DNA of 64,000 nt from Antedon mediterranea (GCF_964355755.1 NC_092680.1:16129045-16193044); one strand, 5' to 3'. Shown: positions 1-13,223, counted from the stretch's first letter. The notes: generated from the letters alone by a model not told the origin. A program made the numbers and translations.

Positions 1-879
1 GAATTTATACCTTGAAACCAATGAGACTCCATTTGCTCGCAAATACGATGAAATCAAAATTATGTATCCCTGTTGTTTGATTATAGCTTTGTTATGAACA
101 TTATATAAATAAAGTGTATTTCATGTAACATAATGGTTTTTGTATTTCATTGTGCTTTTAAAATACAGATTAAAACTGAATGATGTAGTTTTTTATTTGT
201 CACTTTGACAAATTATATGTGATCTTTCCCGAGATTTAATAAGAAAAAGTCGTTGATGAAGAATATACAGACGTACGTTTATAGCGCTGAATTGTGTAAT
301 AATATAGAATAGTGTGTAGCATGGTTAAATCACGGAACCAACATTATAATCTTTGTTTTACATGATGACGTTATCAAAGAATTCATCCCAAATTAGGTAT
401 TTTAAACTTATACATTAAATAAAATAATTAGTCCGGTGGTAGAAGGGAGAATCACCGAAAGGGGAAAAATTGCCATCCAACTTTTCTTGACCAGAAATTT
501 CCGTAGATTAAGAATCTGAAATTGACCAGGATATGAAGTGTTTTTGAAATATAAAGGATCAAAGTTAAAAATTGAACAATTATAATAATGTTTTAACGAT
601 GTATTGTCATCTTGAAAAATGTTTTAACATTTTTTAGGTGAATATATAATTTATATGACATAATAGTCATATATTTTTACGAAAAAATTGATTAAACAAA
701 TATATTTACCTTAAAAAACTGTAATTTAAAGCAACAAAAATGGACGAATTGGCTGCCGGCCAATGGGTTTTTGGTTGAACTTAATCATTATCAATCAATC
801 AATCGTTCAATATATATATCGCCATTCCAACAGTCATTGCTCATGGCAATTTTGTTCTCGTTTTTTTTTCTACGAAAGT

Positions 880-1450
880 GAGTACGGTAAACTTTATTAA
901 AGCTGCAAAATGGCCTATTCAAAGTATGATTTTAGTAATCTTTACTTTTCTTATTTTTAAGGGAAAATACATCTTTAATTAATTAACATCCAAAACAAAA
1001 TATTTTTTAGTTTGTTAATATATTGTACATCAGGTGTAGATAAATTTGAAAAATTACATAATAAAATTGGTAGTACCAAAGACTTAGTTTCCACATGTTG
1101 AGAACTATTTTTATTTGTTCCAATTTATTTTAAAAGTTTATAAAGTTGACATTTAGACCAGAACATTTAGACAAGTTATCAAGAATTTCTATTGCTGTAT
1201 TCAGTGAATATTCATCCTGCAAGAAGAACACGGTATCATCTGCTAGGGCCCTAAAACTTAATATCAGTATTTGTAATAATAATACCTTAAACATTTTTAT
1301 TTCGTCTCACTGATATCCCAAGCGTTTCTGCCGTAATTATAAATAAATATGGGGATTAGGGGCTACCATGTCTCAGTTCCCCCGATGGTTAAAAATAATT
1401 CGAGGTAAAAGCATTATTAACTACACAGCTTGAAATATCATTATACATTC
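880..1450 (-). mobile_element. Degenerate Tx1/L1-type LINE reverse transcriptase fragment
   Basis: Manual minus-strand translation gives NDISSCVVNNAFTSNYF*PSGELRHGSP*SPYL (RGLRQGCPLSP-like) and ALADDTVFFLQDEYSLNTAIEILDNLSKCSGLNVN; stops present; boundaries approximate. Confidence 0.7.
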
Positions 1451-1459
1451 ATTTAAACC

Positions 1460-2112
1460 AGTTTTATTTTACAGCTCACTATGTCGGTCGGTCGGTCGGT
1501 CGGTAAACACTAACTTGTATATGGCCTTGTCTTGATATCAGTTTCATCTAGCTAAGTCAATTTTTCAGAGTATATTCCTTATGGCCAGTACTCGATGTGG
1601 TTATTTTTTTCACGATGCGCAATCAAAAATTACGCGATCTTCACAAGCATGAATCACAATTAAATAAATTTGGTACTCATAAATTTCAGGTCATATTTCA
1701 TCATAAAGGCAATACAATTAGATGTGTAGCGCATATAACGCATGCGTACGCGCGCTTAAATTTTCAAATTATTTCGATGAAATTAGAGTACGTTTTAGGC
1801 AATTTTAAGCTATTAAAAAATTGCAATGAGTGCGTAGATTTTATCACGCGCACTGCACGTTAATCCGATTTATGTTTTAAAACCTTTCTTTAATAATGTC
1901 ATCATATTTGATTTACTTTCCAACTCGAAATTACGTTATACGAGCACGTCAAAAGTGACAGGATACGCACGTGTAAATTAAAAAAATATAAATGTTTTTA
2001 AACATTTTCAACATTTTTAAACATGTTTAGAAATTTCGGTCGGTTGGTCGGTTGGTCGGTTGGTAAACACTAACTTGAGCACGCGACTGCAGCCATGTAT
2101 ATGGCCTTGTTT
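1460..2112. mobile_element. Helentron/HINE (DINE-1-like) non-autonomous element with (GGTC)n microsatellite
   Basis: cagctcactatgtcggtcggtcgg...gcagccatgtatatggccttgttt; a short inverted-orientation relative lies at about 50840-50960. Confidence 0.5.
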
Positions 2113-2406
2113 ATCATTTAAGGGATCAAAGTTAAAAATTGAACAATAGGGAGGTTTCGCAACCTTACGAATACGATAACGAAAACGTATACGTCATACA
2201 TTTTTGAAACTTTTGAGCTGATCCACATTTCATATTCGTAAAGCGTATTCGTGTTGACGAATATCACCAGTCATATTCGTAACTACAAAACGAGCATAGT
2301 TTTTGATCTATTTTGCACATTTTGCATTTGAATCAGCAGGAATGATTCATGATTATAATATAATTATAGATTTATTGAAAGTAATTTACTAAAGTAATTT
2401 ACTAAA

Positions 2407-3996
2407 CTAGATGGCACGCTCGCTTCGCTCGCGTACCATCTAGGTCGTGCCCACAGATGGTTCTCGAATACACAGTATTTCCAGCGAGAAAAAAATGGAG
2501 ATTTCAAATGTACGTACCGCAGGACTATAATACATTGTCGTTTACAGAAACGAATAAATATACACAATGATTTATGTAGTCAACCAAAATTAGCACCCTG
2601 GGAATTACTTCCGAGAGAGAAACAAAATGAGTCAAATTTTTTTATTTGGACTCATTTAAACAAACCCAATTTGTGTTTTGTATGTAACATTAAGGGTTGA
2701 GGGATGGGGGAAGAAGATAGGTACAAAGAGGAAACATTTTAAAATATATTCTTATCCACTCAGTAACGAAATATTGTTTTTAATGTTTTATAGGCCTATA
2801 AATAATATACCACTAAATACAGTAAAACATTTACGATTTAATACGGTACTTTGTTAAAACTCTCACTGTCATAGTCGATTGAAATAGTAAAGTACATGTA
2901 ACGATACACCACTACGACGTTTATATATTTTTAAATTATTAATTAATACAAACTTTGAGAAGCAACTGTCAGTAATAACGTTTATTTATTTGTATATTAT
3001 ATGTTTATAATCTAACAGTAGGGCCTACCCACACTCACAGTAATAAAGTTTATTTGTATATATTTTTATATTACATCTAACAGTACCAACACTCACAGTA
3101 AGAAATTTGCGATTCAAATTGCGATCAAAAGTGGTTAATACCTTAACAGTATTGTACAGCATTGCAATACTATTTATGTTTATTCTCCAAGGGGGCCCAT
3201 AAATCTAAATCTATACCTTTATGGTTAAACCAAATAATTTGGAATGTTTATTTGTATATTATATGTTTATAATCTAACAGTAGGGCCTACCCACACTCAC
3301 AGTAATAAAGTTTATTTGTATATATTTTTATATTACATCTAACAGTACCAACACTCACAGTAAGAAATTTGCGATTCAAATTGCGATCAAAAGTGGTTTT
3401 AACCATTAAAATACCTTAACAGTATTGTACAGCCAGGGAACTCCCTGGTACAGCATTGCAATACTATTTATGTTTATTCTCCAAGGGGGCCCATAAATCT
3501 AAATCTATACCTGTATGGTTAAACCAAATAATTTGGAATGTTCCATTCATCACAAATCAATACATTTGTAAAAACGTATATTAAATGTATCAAAATAGTA
3601 TTTTTTAAAGAAAATCGGCCTGTCTTCAACATTATGATGCTGTACTCGAACTGTTCAACCGGTTTTCAGCTATTAAAAACAATTATCGTAGGAGGAGATA
3701 GGAAAATGCGAAGCCTCCTCGCATTTTTGTGGCGGGTATTTTTCAAGATGGACATCCATTAGACAGTGTATACCACGATCGGAAAACACCCCTATTTGGG
3801 GCAAATCGTTGAACCTAAATTCGTTTTAATCGTCAATAACTAATTATCTAACTTAATTTAATTAGTAAACAGGGTTACATCAGGTGGTTAAAATCAGTAC
3901 CGAAAGTACGAACCAACTTTATATACCATCGAGTAAAAATTCTAGAAGTAAGGCGCGATTTACCGAATTTTGCCCTTACGTAAATTTATATATAGA
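2407..3996 (-). mobile_element. Non-autonomous Helitron, copy 1 of tandem pair
   Basis: Minus strand begins TCTATATATAAATTTACG and ends CTAGATGGTACGCGAGCGAAGCGAGCGTGCCATCTAG (3' hairpin plus CTAG); internal duplication of about 260 bp. Confidence 0.9.
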
Positions 3997-6556
3997 CTAG
4001 ATGGCACGCTCGCTTCGCTCGCGTACCATCTAGGGGTGCTCACAGATGGTTCTCGAATACAGTAGAATCCACGGATGGGGACTTTTTTGGGACACTAAAC
4101 AAAAACGGAAGTGTCCCCCTAATTGGGGTATTCAGAAATAGAGACAACAAAACCAATACTGAATTCCATAAAGGACAATTAATTTATGTGGATTAAAGAA
4201 ATTAGGGAGAAATGGAAATGTATGTACGGGAATTGGGCGACACGTGGTGGTGGTGATGGAACCGCAGTAATAAAGTTGATTGTATTTATATATTATAAGA
4301 ACCAAACTAAATAAATAGACCTAGACATTCTGCGAAATGAAAATCGGAAATGCAAGCTCCTATTCAGTGAAAAATTAAACTGTAGTCTACCTAAATATTT
4401 AGGGCAAATCATCGGTTGTGGTGTTGAAATTCCTGTAAACATTTGTGTGAACCAAACTGGGTCGAATTTCTGTCATGAGTACTGATTTGTTGGCCTGTGA
4501 TTTATGACGCCTAAGGGATCTATCTAGACTTATTTTTTAGAATAATGTACGTACCTGTCAGATACAATTGTCTTGTGTCGTATAATAAATAAGTACTGTA
4601 ATAGTTACTGAAGTTACTATTACAAATCTCGTCAATGAAAACACGAAAATGTATATGCACTTACTTATGAAAACGTATACAGTATTATACTCAGTTATTG
4701 AAACAGTAGGTTTAAAAGTTTCGTTTGTCTGTAAAATGATGTAATCAAGCTGTTTACATGAGTCTTAATTTATAAGCACATCAATAATAAAATAGTTTAT
4801 CTATCCTGTAATTGGCGAGATTATGGTCGCTGTTGAATGAAATAAAGCCAATCGGTATCATATTTGTACAGAAACGTTTTCGCGGCCGAAGGGTGTAACC
4901 TAAATTCGTTGTATTATCGTCAAGAACTAACTGTAACTAAACTTACATAGAAAGTAGGGTATCATAAATTTGGCCTTAGCACTCGGGGGAGTGGCTAAGA
5001 TGAAGTCCGTGGGACTACTAAATATAAATTGTAATGAACCTCGAGGGACATAAATAGGAATATTTCATGTTTCATTATCAATGTATAATAAATGGAAACT
5101 GTTTACCGATTCAAATAATAGAAATTGGTTTTTAACATTTTCCGAACCTATTGCAAGTTTATTCTCAAAGGGCCCATATATTTACCTACCGTATGTGTTA
5201 AACCAAGGGCTCATAAATTTACCTACAGTACTTGTGTTAAACCAAACTCTGGCAGACTGAGAGATTGGGATGTTCCATTCATCGCAAATCAATACATTTG
5301 TATAATCGTATATTAAATCTATCAAAATAGTATTTTTTAAAGAAAATCGGCCTGTCTTCAACATTATGATGGTGTACTCTAGCAATCTATCAAAATAGTA
5401 TTTTTTAAAGAAAATCGGCCTGTCTTCAACATTATGATGGTGTACTCTAGCTGTTCAACCGGTTTTCAGCTATTAAAAACAATTATCGTAGGAGGAGATA
5501 GGAAAATGCGAAGCCTCCTCGCGCTATGTAACATTAGGGTTGAGGGATGGGAAAGCGGATAGGTACAGAGAGGAACAATTTTTAAATATATTCTTTATCC
5601 ACTGAGTAACGAAATATTTTGTTCATGTTTTATAGGCCTATAAATAATATACCTCTAAATACAGTAGGCCTAAAACATTTGCGATTTAATACTTTGTTAA
5701 AACTGTCACTGTCATAATCAATTGAAATATTAAAGTACATGTCACGATACACCACTACGACGTTTATATTTTTGGTAATTATTAATTAATACAAACGTTG
5801 AGAAGGAACTGTCAGTATAAAGTTTATTTGTATATCTAACAGTAGGGCCTATCCACAGTCTCAGTAATAAAGTTTATTTGTATATATTTTTATATTACAT
5901 CTAACAGTACGAACATTCACAGTAAGAAATGTTCGATTCAAATGAAAAATAGTTAATAGGTATTTACAGTATTGTCAAAGTATTGCAAGTTTATTCTCAA
6001 AGGGCCCATATATTTACCTACCGTATGTGTTCAAGGGCTCATAAATTTACCTACAGTACTTGTGTTAAACCAAACTCTGGCAGACTGAGAGATTGGGATG
6101 TTCCATTCATCGCAAATCAATACATTTGTATAATCGTATATTAAATCTATCAAAATAGTATTTTTTAAAGAAAATCGGCCTGTCTTCAACATTATGATGG
6201 TGTACTCTAGCTGTTCAACCGGTTTTCAGCTATTAAAAACAATTATCGTAGGAGGAGATAGAAAAATGCGAAGCCTCCTCGCATTTTTTTGGCGGGTATT
6301 TTTCAAGACGGACATCCATTAGACAGTGTATACCACGATCGGAAAACACCCCTATTTGGGGCAAATCGTTTAACCTAAATTCGTTTTAATCGTCAATAAC
6401 TAATTATTTAACTCAATTTAATTAGTAAACAGGGTTACATCAGGCGGTTAAAATCAGTACCGAAAGTACGAACCAACTTTACATACCATCGAGTGAAAAT
6501 TCTAGAAGTAAGGCGCGATTTACCGAATTTTGCCCTTACGTAAATTTATATATAGA
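3997..6556 (-). mobile_element. Non-autonomous Helitron, copy 2 of tandem pair (different internal sequence)
   Basis: Same TC and CTAG termini as copy 1; internal duplications (about 5150-5520 vs 5980-6280, and a 66-bp tandem at about 5320-5450). Confidence 0.9.
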
Positions 6557-7259
6557 TGCCAAGTCAATTTTGATAAATAGCAGTTTTTAAAGTCCTCACT
6601 CGCGTTGATGTTACGCTAGGCCTAGGCAGCCAAGCACCAAGCAACTCAAATTTACTGCAGTCATATTTTGGACGCGCCTCAATATTTCGTTGCCATGCGA
6701 AACAGATTTTTTTATGGCTTACGAAAACGAATACGTGTGCGTGATGTATCCGTTTTCGTTATCGTATTCGTAAGATTGCGAAACCTCTCTATTATAACAA
6801 TGTTTTAACGATGTATTGTCATCTTGAAGTGTATTCGGACTAACCAATTTTTTGAAGAACAAGTTGGTCTTTTATTACATTTTAATGGTATCTATTCAGT
6901 CACATTATGAACAAAAAAATTATTTGCGATTAAGGGTATTGACCAATCATAGAATTTTCCTATAAAACATGCGAAAAACAACACTCGAAACTATTTGACT
7001 ATACATATCAACCTATTTCATTAAAAAGTGGCCAAAGGCAAAAGAAAAATAGATTTTCTTCATGCTTTGGTAATTAATCACACTTTAGGTAAATATAACA
7101 AAACTGAAATATTGTTTTAATTAATGGGTGTGTGATTTTCACCAAATATTTTACCATTTTGACATGTGAATTTTAGCGTTTAATTATATATGGCACGAAA
7201 AAGAATTTGTGAATTGTTTTTGTGACATCTTTTTGTACCAATCTTGTTCTTATGTAAAA

Positions 7260-7369
7260 CAAAAATTAAAACCAGTACCAAGATTCTAACCAACTTTATC
7301 ATCGAGTAAACATTCTAGGAATAACGCAAGATTTACCGAATTTTTTCCTTACGTAAATTTATATATAGA
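7260..7369 (-). mobile_element. Older Helitron 5' end fragment of the same family
   Basis: Diverged match to 3890-3996 ending ...cttacgtaaatttatatataga. Confidence 0.7.
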
Positions 7370-7509
7370 TTATTATTGATCAACAGATATTTAATCTCTA
7401 CAGTAATGGAAGAAAATATGAAAGAAAATTATCAGAATCAGATTCTTCAATGAACACATGTAATTCCGACAGTTTGAAAAAGAAAATTGATCGCGCAAAT
7501 AATGTTTAC

Positions 7510-8150
7510 GTTTCAACATATTTTTATTTATTACATATTTCTATGGTATCAAAAACATATTTTTAATAAACATTTGATTTAAAATTGTGTATTTATATTA
7601 TACAATTAACTGGTGAAAAAATGGGCATGATGTGATTTATAATTAAAGAGCTATGTTAGATTTTGTGTAATTTTGCGATTAACCAACACATTTTTATTTT
7701 TTTACACGTTTCCATGATAACAAAAACATATTTTTCGTATTTTATTAAAAATTGTGTATTTATAGTATACAGTTAAATAGTGAAAAAAAAGGGCATTATG
7801 TGATTCATAATTAAAGAACTATCTTTGATTTGTATGTATTTTTGCGATAAAACGACAAATTTTTATTTTATTACACGTTAACAACATGGTTACAAAAACA
7901 TATTTTTTAATAAAGTTTTGATGGAAAATGATGTATTTATATTATATAATTAACTGGTGAAAAAATGTGCATAATGTGATTAATAATTAAAGAGCTATGT
8001 TAGATTTTTGTGTATTATATTACATTCAAATATTACCTATTTGCATTATGTATTATGATAAAACAATTTTTTTTTATTGGCAAAAGTTTTATAGAACATT
8101 ATGCATTTACATCAATCATATCAATAACAGTTGAAAAAACTAAGTTGGTA
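7510..8150. repeat. AT-rich tandem repeat, unit about 175-180 bp, about 3.5 copies
   Basis: Recurrent gtgtatttatattatacaattaactggtgaaaaaatgggcat...taattaaagagctatgttagatttt. Confidence 0.8.
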
Positions 8151-8648
8151 CAATTTATGGTTGTCTTACGTGCTGTCCGTTTGGCCAATATGAACCCCTA
8201 GCAGAAATCGATGTAAGAATACAATACAACAAAATGTTAATACCCCAAAACGTAGTGTGTATTGCCGTACGATATAATTATTATAGGTATTATACATATG
8301 TACAATGGAGCTAGGCTGAATTCAAAACTTCACTTGACCGAACATATGGAAAGGTAAACGTTTGTTTGTTTGTGCAATTACTAGGCATGGTCGTTTGTAG
8401 ACGTTAATATAGAAAGTTAGCTTTTATATTTTACTTAGAAGTAGAAGTATATTTTTTAAAAAAATTAATAAAATAATGTATATTATTAAAACTAGAATTT
8501 AACTCGTCACTTTGTCCTAATATATATAAATGAAATTAACAGTGTCCCAGTAAAATATATCACACCGTAAGGAAAACTGGATACTCGAAGTAATATCTGA
8601 TATAAGGTGAGAAATGCTAGTCTGTTATCGCTCGACATACCATACCAA

Positions 8649-10721
8649 GGTTCTAGGACACCTACCCCCCTAGACAGTTACCCCCCAGATGTTTACCACC
8701 CGGACAACTACCCCCTTAGGAGAACTACCTCCCGGACAACTACCCCCTTAGGAGAACTACCCCCCGGACAACTACCCCCTTAGGACAACTACCCCCTTAG
8801 GATAACAACCCCCCGGACAACTACCCCCCGGACAACTACCCCCTTAGGAAAACTACCCCCTTAGGATAACTACCCCCGGGTAACTACCCCCGGTCAACTA
8901 CCCCCACCCCCAATCCAAAAGTAGACAAATATATAGGACCGGTTTCTGTAAAAATGAAATCATCTGTTTTTAACGGGTGTTTCGAAACTAGAGACCCGAG
9001 ACCAGAGACCTGACACGAGACCCAATACGAAAAGGGAGACCTATATTTGGGTCTCCCTTTTCGTATATTAGGGTCTCCCTTTTTGTATAGTGTGGTCTCT
9101 CTTTTCGTATAGTGGGGTCTCCCTTTTCTTATAGTGGGTCTCCCTTTTCGTATATTTGGGTCTCCCATTTTGTATATTTGGGTCTCCCTTTTCGTATATT
9201 TGGGTCTCCCTTTTCGTATATTTAGGTCTCCCTTTTCGTATATTAGGGTCTCCCTTTCGTATAGTGGGGTCTCCCTTTTCGTATAGTGGGGTCTCCCTTT
9301 TCGTACGTGGGTCTCCCTTTTCGTATATTTAGGTCTGCCTTTTCGTATTGGGTCTCGGGTCTCTGGTCTCTGGTCTCGGGTCTCTAGTTTCGAAACACCC
9401 GTTTTTAACCGATTATTCTGTTTAACAGCACGCTAGACCCTAGATGTGCTAGATTTAAAGTACCGTATTTATTGACAAAACGGCCTGGGCTGTTTATTGT
9501 TTAGGTGGTTTTTAGGTGGACATTTATTGGAAGAAAGTTGTTTATTCAATGGGAGGGGGTATAATCTAATGGAAATAGACGCCGATTATTCCATATGATG
9601 TTTCATGGGAGTGACATGATCACCGTTTATTTGAGGGGAATTTATTTAAAGATCGCCGTTTATTCGGTGAGTGAACATTGAGGTCAAATATCCAAAGTGA
9701 TATTATTCTTCAAGTGTACAAAAATACATATATGACAAATTTGAGACAAAAATTAATTCTTTTAAGACCAGTGGTTATCGAAGCATTGTCCTGACGCAAA
9801 AATTATTATTATTATTAGCGAACCCAGTCTTTACAGTAAATACAGGGAGTACTATATAATACGTTCGACTATCCTATGATCATGTGTGACAATCTTAAGT
9901 TTATACCAGGCTATATTTATGTTCAATCTTTTACTTTTGTTTGATAATAATAATGAATAGTAATTCGTCAAAGTAACGAATTAAAATATAGTTATTAATT
10001 CCTATTATACACTGTTGCAGAGTCAGGTTGTTGAATGGTCTGGATGGTAGTTGTCCGTCCGGGGGTAGTTGTTCTAAAGGGATAGTTTTCTGGGTGGTAG
10101 TTGTCCAGGGGTTAGTTGTCCTACGGAGGTAGTTGTCCTAAAAGATTATTTGCCCTCGGAGTATTGTCCAGGTCCAGGAGGTAGTTGTCCTACGGGGAGT
10201 ATTGAGTCAGAGGTAGTTGTCCGCGGGGTAATTACCCGGGGGGGGGGGGGTAATTGTCAGGGGGTAATTGTTCCTAGGGGTATTGTCCGGGGAGAATTTC
10301 CAGGGGTTAGTTGTCCTACGGAGGTAGTTGTCCTAAAAGATTATTTGCCCTCGGAGTATTGTCCAGGAAGTAGTTGTCCTACGGGGAGTATTGTGTCAGA
10401 GGTAGTTGTCCGCGGGGTAATTACCCGGAGGGGGGGGGGGGGGTAATTGTCCGGGGTAATTATCTGGGGGAAATTGTTCCTAGGGGGTAATTGTCACTAG
10501 GGGGTAATTTTCCCTAGGGGGTAATTGTCCGGGAGTAGTTGTCCGGGGGGTAGTTGTCCGGGAGGTAGTTGTCCGGGGGGTAGTTGTCCTAAGGGGGTTG
10601 TTGTCCTAAGGGGGTACTTTTCCGGGGGGTATTGTCCTAAGGGGGTAGTGGTCCAGGTGGTGGTTGTCCACGGGGTAGTTTTCCGGGGGGTAAATGTCCA
10701 GGGGGTGAATATCCGGATACG
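8649..10721. mobile_element. Foldback-type non-autonomous DNA transposon with inverted minisatellite arms (GGACAACTACCCC)
   Basis: C-rich array 8655-8910 and inverted G-rich array 10040-10715; direct repeat CATACCAA at 8641-8648 and 10722-10729. Confidence 0.8.
8975..9400. mobile_element. Mutator-like MITE with internal 22-bp tandem array
   Basis: TIR GGGTGTTTCGAAACTAGAGACCCGAGACCAGAGACC; perfect 9-bp TSD GTTTTTAAC (8966-8974, 9401-9409); internal (gggtctcccttttcgtatattt)n. Confidence 0.9.
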
Positions 10722-11140
10722 CATACCAATGTGTAATGTGGTTTGCGGTTACTATAGTGCCTGTCTGTTAAAAAATGTTTGTGTCGTTAATATCTTCCTA
10801 CGAGAGGATTTATGTATGGGCCTTGTAATGTGGAGCAGGGTTGGTGAAATCTGTCCATAATATGGTACTTTTCTGTCCATAATAGGTTACTTTCTGTCCA
10901 TAATAGGGACTAGAGGGCGCTGTTGTTTGTCCAAAATAGGTAACTTTCATAATTTGCTGTCCAAAATAGGTGACTTTTTTGTCCACAATAGGGGATTTTA
11001 TTGCAGTAGTGCGCCATCCATTGTGTTGTCCACAATAGTTGATTTTTTGGCGTACTCGTACGTACGTAGTTTATTTCGCGAGTAGAAGTAATACTAATTT
11101 GCTTTCTGTTCAGACTTCGAGGCTACCTATGAGGCCTAAT

Positions 11141-11297
11141 GGGTGCAGGTCAAGTCGGCCCCAAACCGTCTCGGCCAAAGTCAAGTCGGCCCCAAGTCAA
11201 GTCGGCCCCGAGTCAACTCGGCCTCAAGTCAACTCGGCCTCACGTCAACTCGGCCTCACGTCAACTCGGCCAAAAACTAATCGGTCAACTCGGCCAC
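11141..11297. repeat. 16-bp tandem array (GTCAACTCGGCC), probable single arm of a TIR element
   Basis: About 9 imperfect copies; no partner inverted arm seen in the window. Confidence 0.7.
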
Positions 11298-12911
11298 AAT
11301 AAAGTATGGAACGCAAAAAGTGCTTAATATTATTATGATTATTACTATCCACTCTTTAAAAAAAATTAAGAAATAAGAAAATAAAAAAATGATATCATTG
11401 CCGATATGAATAGAAGTACCCGCGTTTTACAAAAACACGTGCAGGTACCACATTTTAGTAAATCGAAGACCATCATGGAGCTATTATAGCTCCATGGTTC
11501 CACCATTTAGCCATAGAAAAATGATCGTACTGTACATATCGTTTTTGTCCATGATTTGCGTTTTAAAAAAAGGGGAATCCCCCGGTCAGCGAAAACACGT
11601 AGCAGTTGTAGATATCGAAATAGCTGCCAAAGGCACAGGGAGGCGCAGCTACGAATTGGTTTCAGATGTTGTCGCCTAATCAAATGCATACACTGAAGAA
11701 ATCTACGCGTGATTCAACCATAGAGTTAACATTAATTAATACCTCAATGATTCAACCAAATAATTCAACCAAACAATCTTATTACACCTAATATATGTCC
11801 TAAAGCCCTTGGCAATCTAATTGACAATCACCTCAGGTTGTTACGGAAACTCCAATCAAAAAGCATCATACTTTTAGATCTCCAAAAATGGGCGGTCATA
11901 AACTGCATTTCCTTCATCATGTTCATGAGGTGGCCAGCTGTATTGTTGTATTTCATTGAATAATTTATATTTCTATATAACATAATAAAAATCTACATTT
12001 AAATTATAACTCACATCCATGCGTTTTTGTTTTTTTCTTTCAGTATTGTTTATTTGCTCCCATTGCAGTGCACGGTGTAGTGGAGCTTGGATTAGCCTTG
12101 TGTGGAAGGTGCTGATGCTCAACATACTGCCATGAAGTATCTGCGTAAACTTTCATGGGGAGCATCGTTGTATTAATGGTGATTTTTGTACCTATCAGTC
12201 TCTTTTGAGACTCTTCCAGGGAGTCCTGGTTGTTTTTTTTTTATCTCAGTTTCATGTGGGTAAGTGAACATTCTTCCTTATTTCCTGCACTTTGGTGGGC
12301 TGCTCTTGGCGGTGCCTTGGCACCTGCCGCGGGCTAGTTTTATCTGAGCATCCCTGTTGTGCTTACTTAGAATTGGAAAATTATTGCTATATAACTTATA
12401 TTTGCTTATGACTTTTATGTGCAGTTTTACATGGGTGAATGTTCATTTACTAATTAAACTATTTAAGCCAGAACTTACGTTGTATGCGTCTTTATTTATT
12501 ATTCTATGAGTTTGTTAATTGCCGCAGTCTCCGAGTAGCAAAAACTAATTTGCATTTATTTTACTACCTATAATGCATATTAAAACGTTAACGCTATAAA
12601 CTGATGAATGATGAATGTGCTCTTTTGTTGTTTAGATGTCTTAACATGATGATAAAATATCACATTTTATGTTAAATGTTAGTTTTTTGTTTGTTTTATA
12701 GATACATTCTATAATTTGTAAATATTGACATTTGACTCTTAATCGCAAAGGATAAGGAAACATTCCTGTTTAATTTATTTCAAGAGACAATTTTGTTGGA
12801 TTAAGTTTATGTTTTTGTTTATTGAAAATGTATTAAACAATTGTTATGAAAAACAGAACAATATTTAGCTTAAAATGATTTAGACAAGGATAATATATTA
12901 GTTATACTCAC

Positions 12912-13223
12912 ATAGTACTGTAAATGAAGCATAGTCACTAGCAGCATTTTGCTTATCCGTGATGATTGTACACTGATAGTAGCCTGAATCATTTACTTCA
13001 ACATTTGCTATTATAAGATCATTATAGCTGGATAAGCTGTATCGACCATTAGTTGTCTGTCCTGTTTTAGACACTAGAACCTCTCCTACTGTATTGCCAT
13101 CCTTATCGACTTTTGTCCAATTAAGTTGACTCAATAATTCATCTGACACAATTTTACAGGCTATCGTTGCATCTTCACCAATTTTGACTGGATCAGGAAC
13201 CACGACATTCACCGATGTAATAA
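12912..13223 (-). CDS. Ig V-type domain exon (second V of the minus-strand IgSF gene)
   Basis: 312-bp phase1-phase1 exon (ttttag|TT ... T|gtgagt); GEDATIAC...LNW...GRY...LIIANVEVNDSGYYQC. Confidence 0.85.

Larger units (their letters stand above)
2147..6791. mobile_element. TIR element (TAGGGAGGTTTCGCAACC family) split by a tandem Helitron insertion
   Basis: About 50-bp TIRs at 2147 and 6791; segments 2147-2406 plus 6557-6791 reconstruct the uninterrupted copy at 30426-30937. Confidence 0.9.

Noticed and set aside
3538-3762. Repeated 74-aa ORF (also 23543-23767)
   Set aside because: Conserved only because it lies in young Helitron copies; other copies disrupt it; no recognisable domain
8884-11327. 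Gly/Pro-rich and other short repetitive ORFs
   Set aside because: Translations of transposon minisatellite arms
12015-12191. Next exon of the minus-strand V-V gene
   Set aside because: Weak acceptor, the phase-1 reading hits a stop, and there are no Ig or TM features; more likely transposon debris
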